From Sarea resinae (taxonomy: Eukaryota), in the NCBI GenBank assembly GCA_026026165.1, contig JAPEUD010000032.1, positions 124,001-188,000 of the forward strand: DNA of 64,000 nucleotides. Reading direction: 5' to 3'. The notes under the pieces were generated by a model. The model worked only from the letters and a program-made list of their open reading frames with translations. It did not search any database and was not told the DNA's origin. Position 1 is the first letter of the stretch. Each line of letters starts with the position of its first letter. A program made the position numbers and the translations under genes. Shown piece by piece: positions 50,151 to 63,132 of the stretch.

Positions 50151-51038
50151 GGATCGGCATCTACACCTGAAGCAGTATCGTATTTGTCGAACCTCCCGGA
50201 ATATCCGCACTTCTCTAACTGTTCAAAAGCTTCGAGGGGTGCGCAGATCCCGGGACGTTCGACAGCATGGTCGGAGTTGTCGAACCTCTCATTACTTTCC
50301 CATCCCTCGAATTGTTGCTCAAAAAGCTCGAAGCCAAACAATTCGAGGGATGGAAAATCAATGAGAGGTTCAACAACTACGACAACGTGGCTTGAATCAG
50401 AACATGGAGTGGAAGAAATATTGGCCAGTCGGAGATCCTCGAGATCTCCGCTTCCTTCGGCCGATAATAAGACAAGAGATGAGAGTGGCCGTCTCAGCCA
50501 GAGCAACAACGATGGTAGACAGAAAAAAAGGTCAGGCAGATAAGAGAGGAGGGCGAAGTGAGGATGAGAGTGTGGAACCGCCCGACCTTTTATGTCCAGA
50601 ATCGTGTCCGGACGGACAAGGCTGAGACGAGCCTCGAATTTGAGGGCCGAGGGGCCGGCACCATTGGCTTATGTCATAATCTATGATCCATGATCTCCTC
50701 TTCTCCTTTCGCCTTTTTACCACTTCTGAGGACCTCATATTCAAGGTATGCACATAGAAACGCAGTCGTAGTAACACTCGCAGTACCCGGACTTCATGTT
50801 CCTTATCCTTATCCCCCGGATTGCGCAGATCAGCCAAGCCATCATGCAACCTCGCACCAACAATACTCAAGCGAGCACAACAAACGACCCCTCCACCTCC
50901 AATCCCCATCCCACCAGGCATCCCACCACCATCCGCCACTATAATAATGCCATCCAAACGCCCACACCCAAAAACCTCACCGCATAGCCTAGACATACAA
51001 AACACTGGCAGCACCGCACCTCACCTCACCTCAGCAGC

Positions 51039-52820
51039 ATGCTGCACCACCCAATCCCGCCTCTCCTGACAGCCCGAGCCCGCGCGCGCGCCGCACAAGC
51101 CTCACCACTGACCATGCCCAAGCGCGCCCATGCCACCAAGCTCCAAACCACAGCCACGCTGGCAAAACGTCCGAAGCCATCGCGGCCACCAGAACCGGCA
51201 CCTCGCCCTGAATCCTCGCCGAGAAGCTCCCCTTCTCCTCCTTCATACGCGGCAGAACTCAGCAGCCCCCAAACCCAAAGCCAAACACAAACCCCACCTC
51301 CCCGCTCTCTCGACAGCCTCACTTCAACTCTGCTCGCAATCCTCATCTCCAGTACCCATGACCCCGCAGAGGACGCGATAGCGGCGTGCGGCGCCTCCGT
51401 GCTCGCGATCCTGCCGCGCCGGCCCGCCGACTGCCTGAGGCTCGCGCGGACGAAATTGCACGTCTATCCGTTCAAAGAGGTGCCGCTGTGCTGGCGCCGG
51501 CTGTTCGAGGACGCCAGCCTGATTCTAGCGCTACGGCTTATCCGGCGCCGACTAGGTCTGGTGGTAGATGTGGAGGCGGAGACGGCGGAGGAGGAGGAGG
51601 GGGAGGAGGGGGAGGATTATGTGGTGGTGGAAGGACAGGAGAGAGAACTTTGCCGAAACGAGGATATACAGGGAAAAGGGGAAGAGGCTCAGGGAGAGAA
51701 GAAGGCCGGAGGAGAAGCAGACTGGTTGGATGAGGTCGTGCGGGTGTTGGACATGGCCATCATCATGTCCGGGGCACCGAAACGGAGAGAGATGATTGAA
51801 GATCTTCTAGCTGCGCTGGAGGAGGATTTCGACTCTACTACTACCACCTCTAACACTACCACTACGACCACCTCAACGTCCTCTTCCACCACCGTAAGCG
51901 CCTCCGCCCAGCTCCACATCGACCTTTTACCCACAGACCCCATGGCTGCCTCTCCACGCCTGCAATACCCTGTTCCGCACCAGCCGGCACCATCCCTCCA
52001 AGCCTTTCAGACGCACCTCGATACCCCGTCCTCTCTCGGCGGACCCACGCCGCTCCATATATCTCACGCTCTGGACCACTGGCCCGCGCTGGACGAGCGG
52101 CCCTGGAGCTCAGTCGCGTATCTGCTTCGCCGGACCTTTGGCGGCCGCAGACTCGTGCCCGTGGAGGTGGGGCGGGCGTACACGGATGAGGGATGGGGGC
52201 AGGAGATCGTGACGTTTGGAGAATTCGTGGATCGCTACCTTGTAAAAGACGAAAACAATGATGGCAAAGACGGAGAGCAAGAGGCCACGCCAAAGAAGAC
52301 AGGTTACCTGGCCCAACACGACCTCTTCTCCCAGATCCCGAGTCTGCGGAACGATATTTCCATTCCGGATTATTGCTATACCACCCCTCCTTGCCCACTC
52401 CCCAACACGCCGCTGGAATCAAAGACCATCCAGACGCTAGATACGCCCCTTTTGAACGCGTGGTTCGGCCCAGCAGGCACTATCTCTCCGCTCCACACAG
52501 ATCCCTATCACAACATCCTCTGCCAGGTCGTGGGGAAGAAGTACGTTCGTTTGTACAGCCCCTTGGAGACATCCAAGCTCTATCCGCGAGGTATAGAGGA
52601 GGGTGGGGTAGACATGGGAAACACGAGTCAGATCGACATCGACCTCGGCGATGATGGTGCGGAGGTGGAGGTCGATGAGGAAAAGTTCCCGCTCTTCAGG
52701 GGGGCAAAGTATGTGGATGTCGTGCTGGGAGAGGGAGAGTGTCTTTATATCCCTGTCGGCTGGTGGCATTACGTTCGGAGCCTGAGCACGAGTTTTAGCG
52801 TCAGCTTTTGGTGGAACTGA
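51039..52820 (+). CDS. JmjC-domain 2OG-Fe(II) oxygenase, JMJD5/KDM8-like, single exon
   Basis: [135 protein letters not shown], with the HxD...H triad intact. Confidence 0.93.
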   Translation: MLHHPIPPLLTARARARAAQASPLTMPKRAHATKLQTTATLAKRPKPSRPPEPAPRPESSPRSSPSPPSYAAELSSPQTQSQTQTPPPRSLDSLTSTLLAILISSTHDPAEDAIAACGASVLAILPRRPADCLRLARTKLHVYPFKEVPLCWRRLFEDASLILALRLIRRRLGLVVDVEAETAEEEEGEEGEDYVVVEGQERELCRNEDIQGKGEEAQGEKKAGGEADWLDEVVRVLDMAIIMSGAPKRREMIEDLLAALEEDFDSTTTTSNTTTTTTSTSSSTTVSASAQLHIDLLPTDPMAASPRLQYPVPHQPAPSLQAFQTHLDTPSSLGGPTPLHISHALDHWPALDERPWSSVAYLLRRTFGGRRLVPVEVGRAYTDEGWGQEIVTFGEFVDRYLVKDENNDGKDGEQEATPKKTGYLAQHDLFSQIPSLRNDISIPDYCYTTPPCPLPNTPLESKTIQTLDTPLLNAWFGPAGTISPLHTDPYHNILCQVVGKKYVRLYSPLETSKLYPRGIEEGGVDMGNTSQIDIDLGDDGAEVEVDEEKFPLFRGAKYVDVVLGEGECLYIPVGWWHYVRSLSTSFSVSFWWN

Positions 52821-53133
52821 ACGAAACGTCCGAAGAGGAAGAAAATCTTACCAGGCGTGGCTGGAAGCAAACATTTAAAGCTATTTAAAGCTTGACTTGG
52901 CAAGTCGTAAGGCGCAAGTCTCGGAATAGGCGCAAGGACCGAGGTCTTCTGTTGCGAAGAAGCAGAATGAGGTCCTCGAGACATGAAAATGCTTCGCGAC
53001 CAGTCTGACCATCGGCTCGTCATTCCGAGACTCTTCACTATGAAATCATAGCCGACCCGCGGTCATACGTCGGAAACACCAAGGCTCACAGCTGTATAGA
53101 TGCTCAGTCGCGACTTGCTCGGGACGAGGCCGT

Positions 53134-54690
53134 TCAAGTTTTGCTGCAGATGGAGCCACCACGGCGCGATAAATTTCCTTCTGCCTTGACGGATTCAGGA
53201 GTCGCCTCTGACTTCTTCTGGGCCCATGGCGGCTCGCCGTCGTCATTAAACTCCGCCCACTGAAAGAAAGAGCACCTACATTCTGGTCAGTGAACGTTGG
53301 GCCCAGAAATTGTCGCTTTTCGACCTACCCCTCTTTACCTGGCGTGTACCCGGCATGACACATCCACATGTACCGGCCAAAGATTGTCTTCTTCTTTTGA
53401 ACACACCGCAAAACCGTCGGCACATTACATTTACACTTCGGTGTATACCTAGGGTGAAAGCTATCTCGATAACACCGGTAGGTAATGTTGATCCTCTTTT
53501 TCCCGGCGATAGGGTGCGGGTCGATAGCGAGAGATGGATGTATGCTATGTTTCCATTCCTCCTGCATTTCGGCGTGCATCACCAGAAGCGAGTTATGAGG
53601 TAAATGTATCGAGATTTGGCCTTCGGCGTCTGCTCGTTCGTCGTCTTTCTTGCCGGCGTCCCCATTTTGGCCGACGTTGTCGGAGGTGGCCTCTTCGCGG
53701 GGTATGACCTTTCGGACTCTGAATTCCCTGCTAACGCCCAGACTGAGACTCCCGATGATAGCCCTCGGGCCAAGATATGTGAGTTGATCGGAGTGATATC
53801 CAACGCTCTCACCACCACCGTCGTAACAATTGACAAAGGCTGCGTTGGGTATCCATTCTTTTGGTGATTGATACTTTAGCTTTTGGCCATTGGCATAGTG
53901 CGATTTACTTCGCCGGGCTATTTCTTTGTTGACGGTGTGTTGAACCACTGTAGAGACCTGGCGCAGATGAGGAGTAAGCTGGCGGACGTCCTAGAGTCAC
54001 AGGTTAGATAATATACCAGTAGAGCGGATTTGGGGATTCTTGGCTCACCCCGAGATAGCTGCCATTATAGAGATATTCAGTTGTTTGCTTCCGCTGCTCG
54101 TCTTTTGAGTCCACGTAGAAGCATGAGGAGTGAGGGCTCTCGACCACATTATCGAAGAGCTTGAATCTCATCTTCCCGAAAGTCGGCGCCTCAGCGAGCA
54201 TCTCCCTCAGAAGATCATCCGCCGTGTCCGCGGGGAGGAAGTTGTGGATGATCGAGCATGGTGTATGTGCCGCGACGTCTGCGGGCGAATACAGATGAAG
54301 CGTCTTGCCCTTCTTCGTCAGCGGCTTCGGGCTAGGTGTGCCATGGGCATAGCTGGCTGCCTTGTCTCTGGAAGAGAGGGCGAATCGCGTCAGAGATGAT
54401 TGGTATGACAAGCTGCCGAGAGCCGCCTTCTTGCGGGGCGGTCGTGAAGAGGGCCCGTCGTGTCGCGAGGACAAGGCCTCGGAGGCCGCCTCAACGGCGC
54501 CGTCAAAGGCAAGAAGCACATCCAGGAGCAGCGATTGAGGCGAGCGAGGGTGCAGAGATGCGAGGATGCCGAGCTTGAAGTCGGTGGATTCCTCGTCGAC
54601 GGAGCCGATGGGGGTGTTCTTTTTGGTCCATTGTGGCTTTTCTAGACACGAGGGCGACCGACGCCGTTTGCGCTGGATGAAGGCGTCCAT
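53134..54690 (-). CDS. CUE-domain + AlkB-family 2OG-Fe(II) dioxygenase + GRF zinc finger protein; 3 exons
   Basis: ESTDFKLGILASL..LLDVLLAFDGAVEAAS (CUE-like); NAAFVNCYDGGGESVGYHSDQLTYLGPRAIIGSLSLG; HNSLLVMHAEMQEEWKHSI; RINITYR; GRF CKCNVPTVLR..GRYMWMC..GCSFFQWAEF after splicing; stop TGA at 53134-53136. Confidence 0.92.
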
Positions 54691-55843
54691 GACGGACTGG
54701 ATGGGAGAACCGGGCTTTTTCACATTGTAGATGGTGGATCGCGCATACTGGAGCTGCCCTCAGGGTGTCGTGGGTGACGGCACCGACATCAACACGCCTG
54801 CAGCTGTTGGCGATAAGTCGATAACACTACTCGGCATGGGTTCTCTCAATTCTTTAGTAAGCAAGGACGAGAGCTAGGCTGCATCCCGTCAAGCCAGCAC
54901 CGCGTACGCGTCGCCAACCCCAGATGATCGCCGAGGTGGACTGCGCAGTCAGTAAACCAACATCGGGAGCAATAGAGGACCTTCGAGCATGCATTGGATG
55001 CATTGTCACCGGATGCTTCTGCTTCCTTCTGTCGCTTTCGATCCGACCTCAGAATCAGACAAACATGACATGTCATGCTCTTCGACCGCGAGGAGACGAT
55101 GTCACGGCAGAGCCTCATCCGAAGACAGACAGCCCGTCACAGCCCTCCACTGCCTGTGGGATGAGGGCCGACGGGCGGTGCGATCCAAGACCTCCTGATC
55201 TGGCTGCGCTGGTCGGCTCCCCGACCAATGTCGAGGCTGCAACATCATGCACGGCTCTCGTTCAGGACGGCCAGGACGGCCAGGACGGCCAGGCCTGATT
55301 CTGCAGAGGGATACGTCACTCTTTGGTGGTCGCCTTATTCGCCCAGGGCGGTTGACCTCAAGACTGAGGTTCATCGACCGCCAAGCCTGAGGTCAGAGGG
55401 AGAGCTCCGGCTTCCCCGTCATCGTCTTCATTAAGGCCGCTCGCTGCCACCCCAATCCCCTTAGGATTCTCCAGCCACATCTCATTCTCTCCCTTCGGAA
55501 CTGTGGCTGGTATAGAGCATACAGTCCATCACCGCCTGCACAGTGCACCGCCACGATCCGTGGTGCTCACACTTGATCCGCCCTCCGTATACACGCGCCG
55601 TATACATCTGAGCCTCGTTCTTTGCCGTATATTGTCTCTGACACATCCTCGAAGCCGTCTGCGGTCAGAGGTATACCTGAAGGCGAGGGACTGCCCAGTC
55701 TTTGACCGACTTTCATTACGTCTTGGTAACATCAACCTTCAATGTAAATCATTTCTGTTTGGTCCTTTTGCCCTGGGAGATGGAATGGAAAGAAGCTCAA
55801 ATGTCTACAGTCACTGCAAGGGATTGTTGGCGTGCTGCTGGTC

Positions 55844-56773
55844 ATGGCCGGCTCTCTTCCGGGTAGCTCATTGTCCAGGGATGTCGGATACGCCGGCGGG
55901 TCTGCCGTGATCCCCGAAGACGACGAATTTGAATGGCCCAATGATACTTTCTTCAACGACCAAGCATTGTACCTAGACCAGTCGGGCGGGATTGAAGCTA
56001 CCGACCAGATAGGGCAGAACCAATCGGTCGTTAGTACCCCGGAGCCTAAGCATCAAGAAGGTACGGGAGTGATTGATTCTTCAGAAGTCGGGAGGAATAA
56101 ATGCTGACGGTCCCCAGATGCTGACTCGATCTTTCCATGGGAATACGGTTGGCCCCATGGAACTTGGTCTGGCGATCTCCCCGGACTACGACTCGACTCG
56201 TCGACTCCATTGATCGGGCCCGATGAGCTGACGGTGCATTCGCTCTCGCCGAGTACGGCTTCTTCGGGCATCAATCGCCCCCTCGGCCAATCTTCTAATT
56301 ACAGCTCCTTTACCAGCCTGACCAGCCTGGGCCAGGAGTCAAGCAATCGAGTTGCATCTCATGACCCGAAATTCAATGACCCGACCTCCACGGGGCAAGC
56401 AACGACGGCCTCTGATGCTGCTAGTACACGACCGCGTTGTCCAGCCGACCAGCTATCGGAATCAAGCCTGCAAGAAATGTTCGTATATTGGACAATATCA
56501 GCCATTCGTTCTAACATGCACGCCTCCAGAACACCTCCTGAGTCTGTCCCAGTCGACTCCTTTGAGTGCGCCGAATGCGGCCGCACATTCCAAGACAAGC
56601 ACGGCCTCAAACGGCACAAGCTCACGCACGGCGCCAATCGCTTCGTCTGCCCGGCGCCATTTTGCAAGTACGGCGTCGACGGCGAGAAAGGCGGGTTCGC
56701 GAGGCGGGATAACGGGAGGCGACATCTTGCGTCGCTGCATCCGGGATTGGAAGTCCCGCTCATCGAGATGTGA
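55844..56773 (+). CDS. C2H2 zinc-finger protein B (two intact fingers); 3 exons
   Basis: Introns 56061-56117 (phase 1) and 56479-56529 (phase 2, 51 nt, stop-free). FECAECGRTFQDKHGLKRHKLTH and FVCPAPFCKYGVDGEKGGFARRDNGRRHLASLH. Confidence 0.85.
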
Positions 56774-57069
56774 TGATTTGTTGGTTGGAGACCTGGGCTA
56801 GTTTGAGCGTGGTCTGGTTCGAGGTATAGTCTAGCTCGAAGTATAGCCTAGTCCGGCACATGGTGTTTATTGGTCATCAGCGAGTGCCGCTCTTCGCCTT
56901 TCAAAAGCCAGCGCCTCCAAATGAAGCCGCGAGAACAAGAAAAATACCCTCCAGTCAGCGTTGAAGAGGACATCGATGCTCGGGACTGATTCGGCGCGAT
57001 TTCTTCTTCTCTTTTTCTCCTTGTTCGTCTCACGACACCATTTTAGAATCCTAGCATTTTAAACAAAAG

Positions 57070-58140
57070 CATTGTTTTCTCTCTCTCTATCTTTCTCTCT
57101 CTCGCGTCCGAGACGTAATGTAACCACACGCTCCTAGCCTCCTATCCTCCTATCCTCCTATCCTCCTACCCTGATCAGCCCTAGACACCCAGAGCAGGAG
57201 GAACAGAAGTAGAACAACCTTATTTCCTATATCATACCAGAGCACCTAAAATACCGACACAAACATGAATACTAATCAAGACATAAACATAGCCCTCTTT
57301 CCCCCACCCCGTACCTAAAAGGTGGGCTTTTTCCTTTAACCCTCTCTCTAACTAAAAAGAAAAGAAAAGAAAAGAGGATAGCAGCTGTAGCAGCCTCTTT
57401 ACCTATCTGTCTATCTGTTTGCCCTGCGCTATAAGTCTAGCTCTCTCTCTAATTTAGATATCTATCTATCTATCTATCTAGCTCTCTCTTCTCTCTCTTA
57501 CACAACAAACACACGCAACTCTAAAATCTTAGTATGTGTTCTATTATAATGATACTATTCTCTGTTCTCTTAACAAGTGTTTCTTCTTTCTTTTCTTTTC
57601 TTTTCTTTTTCTTTTTCTTTTCTTTTCTTTTTCTTTTTCTTTTTCTTTTTCTTCTAGAGTAGAGGAAGAGAAAGAGAGAGAAAGGAAAGGTGTAATTAAT
57701 TAGGATTACTTATTTCATATGTAGAGAGAGAGTGTGTATGTTAAGTAGTATGTAGAAGGTATATAGATAGAGTAATAAGAAGAAGAGTAAAAAGAAGAAG
57801 AAGAAGAAGAAGAAGAGAATAATATCATTTCTCTAGACTTCTATTCAGATGTCTAGATCGAGGTATAATCACCGTCTACTACGTATAACTCATTATAGCT
57901 ATCGACCTAAGGCACCTACCTGCCATTTACTCTATATCTTGCATGAGTATTGATATTTATTTGTGTATCGATATCTCGCTCTCACTCATCTATTTCCCAC
58001 TCTATCTAAGCTATATCTACACAATCTCGGAAGCTAGGCGCTAAAAGAGCCGCCCCTTTTCTCAAGATAAGAGCTATCACTTTGCTCTAATAGCTATATG
58101 TTGTTATTTGTATATTACCTACCTACCTACCTACCTACCT
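57070..58140. repeat. AT-rich simple-sequence island: (CT)n, (CTATCCTC)n, (CTAT)n, (CTTTT)n, (AAG)n, (CTAC)n
   Basis: Direct sequence reading; the ORF track shows no ORF within this interval. Confidence 0.85.
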
Positions 58141-58408
58141 ACACGCTCTTCCTCTTAGAATAGCATTTTCTATGCTGGTATTACTCTGGTCCACCTGCGA
58201 AATCAATAATCTACCGCGTTGGCGAGCCTTGCTTAATAGAGTGTATTGCTTTTCACTGGCGGATAAGAACGGGGCCGACAGGTCGATAGATAGGTAGACG
58301 GGCAGCCAGAGACATAGTTGGTCAGTACACCGAAGAGTAAACATAACAGAGAGTAGAGTTGATTCTCTATTCTAACCTAGTGATATATACAGCCACACGC
58401 CCATCCAC

Positions 58409-61400
58409 CTACCCAGTGCGAGGATACCCCCACTGGTCCATCCACGCACGCACCCACTCGGGCCTGACCGGCCCCAGCGTCCTCAGGGCCTCACTCGCCG
58501 CCGAAGCCCTCTCGGTGCGGAACCTGACGCCCGCCGGCGCCGAGCGCGCGATGCCCTCGAAGAAATCCAGGATCTTGACCGACGGATTCGGCGTCGTTGG
58601 CGCCGCATCGGCCGACGGGCCCGCTCGCACCGTCTCGATCCACTCGCGCAGAGATATTACTTTGACCCCTTCGCCACCCAGCCGCGCTCGGATGGCCGGC
58701 AGGAGATCGGGCCACGAGAGCGCTGTCGGGTTGACGAGGTGGTAGACGGATGATATACCACTACCAAGACTTGCCGCCTCCGCCGCCTGCATGAGCTCGA
58801 CCACGACTTTCGAGAGCACGTCCACTGGGATCCAATCCACCGTGTTCATGCTGCCGAGCGAATCCGGCAACGTGCCGAGCGTCTGCGAGCTTTTTATCAT
58901 GCTCGGGAACCATTCCCGCTCGTTCCAGATGCCCTTGCCGGCGGCGCCGATCGGACCAGCTATCTGTCCGACCCGGAGAACGGTGCTGGGGACTGCCCCC
59001 AACGATGCGACACTTGCGGCCTGAAGGAGACGCTCGGAGACGCATTTCGACTCTCCGTAGCCCATTGGTTCCGGAGAGGAGAAATCCTCAATGATCTCCT
59101 CGGGTGCCATGTCAAGAGAATGATGATTATCGCCGCCGTCGTTTTCAGGCTTACTGGGGTTGTATGCCGCGATGGAAGAGATGCTGGAGACGAAGAAGAT
59201 TTGAGCGTGCTTTGCTGAGGCTGCGCTGAACTCTATTAATCTCCTTACTCCACCGATATGGGAGTCGAACGACTCCAGCGCGAGATTAAAGTTGACGGGC
59301 CACGCATTGTGAATTACCTGAGTGACTGTCTTGCGTAAGTTTTCGTATTCTTCCGGCTTGAAGCCAAAGAAAGGCTTGTTCAAGTTATCCGTTTGATAAA
59401 AGTCGACCCGCTCGGTGAAGTCGGCAGTGAGACCTCGTGATTCGTTGACCTTCTTCTGCTTCTCAACAGCATCCGCAGCTCTGTTCACGCATATGACCTT
59501 CGTGACGTGCGGCTGAGCTAGAAGCGCGTCCAGCAGATATGAGCCAAGGGACCCTGTCGAGCCTGTCAAAATAACAGACCATTTCCGACTGGCATTGACG
59601 GCGTCTGAGGATCTATCGGCTCCGTCTGTATGAGGAGCCGTGCTTTTCGTCGGCAGTCCGACTGACCATTTTGCTAATGTCTCTTCAAGCTTCTGAGTTC
59701 TGTCTTCGGGTCTCGCGGACATAAGCTCTATCTCTCCGTCGGGCGCCGTCTGTGCGATGGTCAACAATGAAGTCAAAGCTGTGGCCAGACTTGCAACATC
59801 AGGGTTCCTGTACACGATTCTCGTGCTGATTCGTGCCGACTTCGGTATACTCAAATGCGATTCCAATGCCGACTCCATTAGTCGTACCAGGTTCACCACT
59901 TGAAGAGAGTCCATTCCAGCGCTAAAGAAATCAACATCATCATCGGGTGGTGGAGATTTCCGGACGCGAGTAATTGCTTCTCGCACGAAATCTCGCACCG
60001 ACTCTGGAGATTGCGGATCCACGATTCCTAGAGCATCTCCATCTTCCAACGGCCCGGCTTGAGCGGCAGCAGTGTACATATCCTCAATCTCCTTCGCGAA
60101 CAAATCAACAGTGAAAGGTCGAATGACCGTACCTTTCGGAGTCCTCAGGAAGCTTTTCTCTGGTGACGCAAAAGTGACCAATGACTTCGTAAGCTGTCCA
60201 TACGCAGGCAGATCCAAGTTGGCCTGCTCTACCACCGGCCATAGTTCGTCGATGATCTTCATCTTCTCATGCTCATTCTCCGGTAAAGCCCCTTTCAGCT
60301 CAACGAGCAATCCTGGCTGGAACTTTCCTTTACCAACAATGAGCGCACTATTTACCAAGTCACCTCTTCCGATAATGCCTTCGGCCGTCACAGGATTGAG
60401 CTTTTCGCCGTTCGAGAGGACAAGCACGTCATCGCTTCGTCCTCTGTGGCGCCAGAGATAAGGTTTCGTCGGATGCTGAGAGAATAGATCTTTGAAGTCG
60501 TATTCCTCGAGATGTGGGAAGTTTTCGAATACCGGAATGAAAGCAGGATAGCCCATGTCATCAATGCGTTTGATGTAGAGTGCGTGTAACTCTTTGTCAC
60601 CCCCAAACGGTCGCATCTCCACACCGGCCCACGGATGGAAATGCCAGTATTGCCAATCGTTTTCCGGGTCCTCCAGTCGTATTGCTGGCAGTAATTCCGA
60701 CTCCGTCTGACCCATCCAGTGATAGCAGTTTTTGTTCAGCTTGTGTAGAATATCTCCGCTCGCCTTGGCCAATGGGCCCGACCCAAACGCAATGTATTTC
60801 AGTTTCGAGAGAGTCTCGCGGAACTCGGGGACCTCCACCAAGTCTTCTATGAGAGATGGCGGTAGAAGGCAGCCATCGCATTTCGCGTGAATGAAGATGT
60901 CGTTCACGAGGTCTGCACTGAGTGGCTTGTCTGATGGAGGATAAACGTTTGTCTCGCCAATGAATATACTTTTTATTAACCCGAGTTGGATACCGCCGGC
61001 CTGTAGTAGGGGTGAGCATGGTTTGAGGGTAACGATATTGGAGACATACATGGAAGCTCGGCATGGTCAGTAAGCAGCGGGATCCGATCGAAAATGGTTC
61101 GTACGTTACGATCCCGCGGCCTTCGACCAGAGGGAAGAAGCGCAACAGGTCCTGTTGGGAACCATAACCATGTCTCAACTGAATAGGCTTAGGTGCACCT
61201 GGTAGACGGTAGGGAATCAGCAGTCGGACGCGGAACAAAAGACGATGGAACTAGACAAAGGCAAATGAGTAGTACCGGTAGTTCCTGATGTATGCAAGCG
61301 TAAGAGAGGTTCTCTTCTGGCTTCTGCAAATGTCTTTTCGTACGGATAGTGTGGAACGGGAGTATCGTCTATGAAGTCTTTCAGGTCGGGGACGACAATG

Positions 61401-61931
61401 GCTCGCCTTTCGGCATTTTCATAGTCATAGTGTTCCATCAACTTGGCCACGCGTTGTTCTAGTGAAGAGGAGCAGAGGAATTTCCCGCAGTGACTGGCTT
61501 TCATGACAGCGTATTGAGCAGAGTCACTGTTTCGCAAGGACACGAAGAGCATCTGTAACAGGTCAGTTCGATATAACGATCATCTGGAACGCTCTAAAAT
61601 GTGGTTGACGGAACAAACACGGTCGTACCTGATACCCGGCCTTGACGGCTGCCAGGGCCAGTATTGGATATCGCGGATCCGTGGGGCCCATGTACGCCAG
61701 AGTCTCAAAAGTTGAGCTCCGTCCCAAACGATCCTCTAGCCATCTTGCCATACGATTCACGGCGTTGGCGAATTGTTTGTATGTGATATCCACGTATCCA
61801 TCAGCGAGGTTTGATGTTCGCGGAATCGAAACCCACGGCCTCTCCGGATGGTCCCTGGCCGTCTGGTCGACAACCTGAGGAAGAAGACGCTGCCCATAAG
61901 GCGGTTGTTTCTGATCTGCCGTGGCCGCCAT
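58409..61931 (-). CDS. NRPS-like enzyme, adenylation-thiolation-reductase (A-T-R; carboxylic-acid reductase type); 4 exons
   Basis: Introns 61553-61628, 61199-61275 and 61001-61049. A domain HTSGTTGAPKPI, FHAGG, GQTE, DLF, RGRSDDVLVLSNGEKLNP, RTPKGT; T domain DFFSAGMDSLQV; R domain LTGSTGSLG, HNAWPVNF, GYGESK. Confidence 0.95.
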
Positions 61932-63030
61932 GGTCAATCATACCGCGTACCTTAGCCAACAGCCTGATGACCGAGGATAGGACGTGGACGTGAACACATA
62001 TATATCGCGGATGGCCTCGAGGGGCGGGGCACCAAAGCGGCAATTCACCAGAGCTACGTTACGACATCTACCTACCTTACTGCGTAAGTGAGTGCAGCCG
62101 ACCCGCACCGACTAGTGAGGCACGGTGGGCGAGACCCTGATCTCGGATGACGAACATGAACATGGCCCCTGGTTCGGTGATAGCGTGGGGAGCGGTGGAG
62201 ACGACCGTTGACTTGCGCGGCATTGCCATGCCACACTGCAAAACACCGGAGATCTCTTCTATCTTGGTCAAGGGGCCAGGCCGATTAGCGCCTGTCAAAG
62301 CTTTGATTCCGCCCGGCCATTAGAGTACGGAGTAAACGTTGGAGGAGACCTTAGGACGTAGACGTGGACGCGAGGAAACGATCGTCGCGACAGTCGACAA
62401 CTACACGGCCACCTCGTGGGAGACGGGATGAGGGATGAGGCACGACCCGAGCGAGAGAGACAAGGGCTCTCCTGCTAAAACTTTGTTCTCGTTTTCCGCA
62501 ACAATGAAGAGCTCACACCTGCGTCGCTTTGGCTGCATTCCGTCTTTGACTCGACCTTGCGGACGGACAACGACTGTCGAGATCATTACCATTTGAGCTC
62601 TGGCCAAGGCGGGCGGGCCGCGAGTAGCGCATTGCGCCGCCGCCGACGATGCTTAGCTTCGGGCACCATGTGCGGGAAGCTTCCGCTCGAGGCATCAATT
62701 CCGTGTCCGTCGGAGCCAAGTCCGTTTATTCATGTCCGTTCAGCTCTCTGCTCTGCCAAGTTGACCGACAAATCGTCTATCCGCCGGTCCCCCTCCGGAC
62801 CGAGAATGAGGTGTGCGCTGCCCATGGTCATGCCGTGGGACAAATCTGGTCATATCGTGATTGCATTTCGCGTCTTTTCATTACATATCGTCTCCTTTGT
62901 GCTACTGACCGCCATTAAAGCTCATCACCGACTCTAAAAACGAAGAACCTCGGGTCCTTCTCATCAAACAACATGTTGCGTGCTTTAGTAAGATCAATCT
63001 CTTTCTTCAGGGAAGAGAGAATCAAAAAAA

Positions 63031-63132
63031 TGCGTCGGCCGGGAATCGAACCCGGGGCCCATCGAAACTATCACGGAACTCGTAGAGTAATGTTTCTGGC
63101 AACGATGGATTTTACCACTAAACCACCAACGC
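63031..63132 (-). tRNA. tRNA-Gly (anticodon GCC) with 31-nt intron
   Basis: Minus strand GCGTTGG TG GTTT AGTGGTA AAAT C CATCG TT-GCC-A [31 nt] T CGATG GGCC CCGGG TTCGATT CCCGG CCGACGC A gives a 71-nt mature cloverleaf; a T-run follows immediately. Confidence 0.95.
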
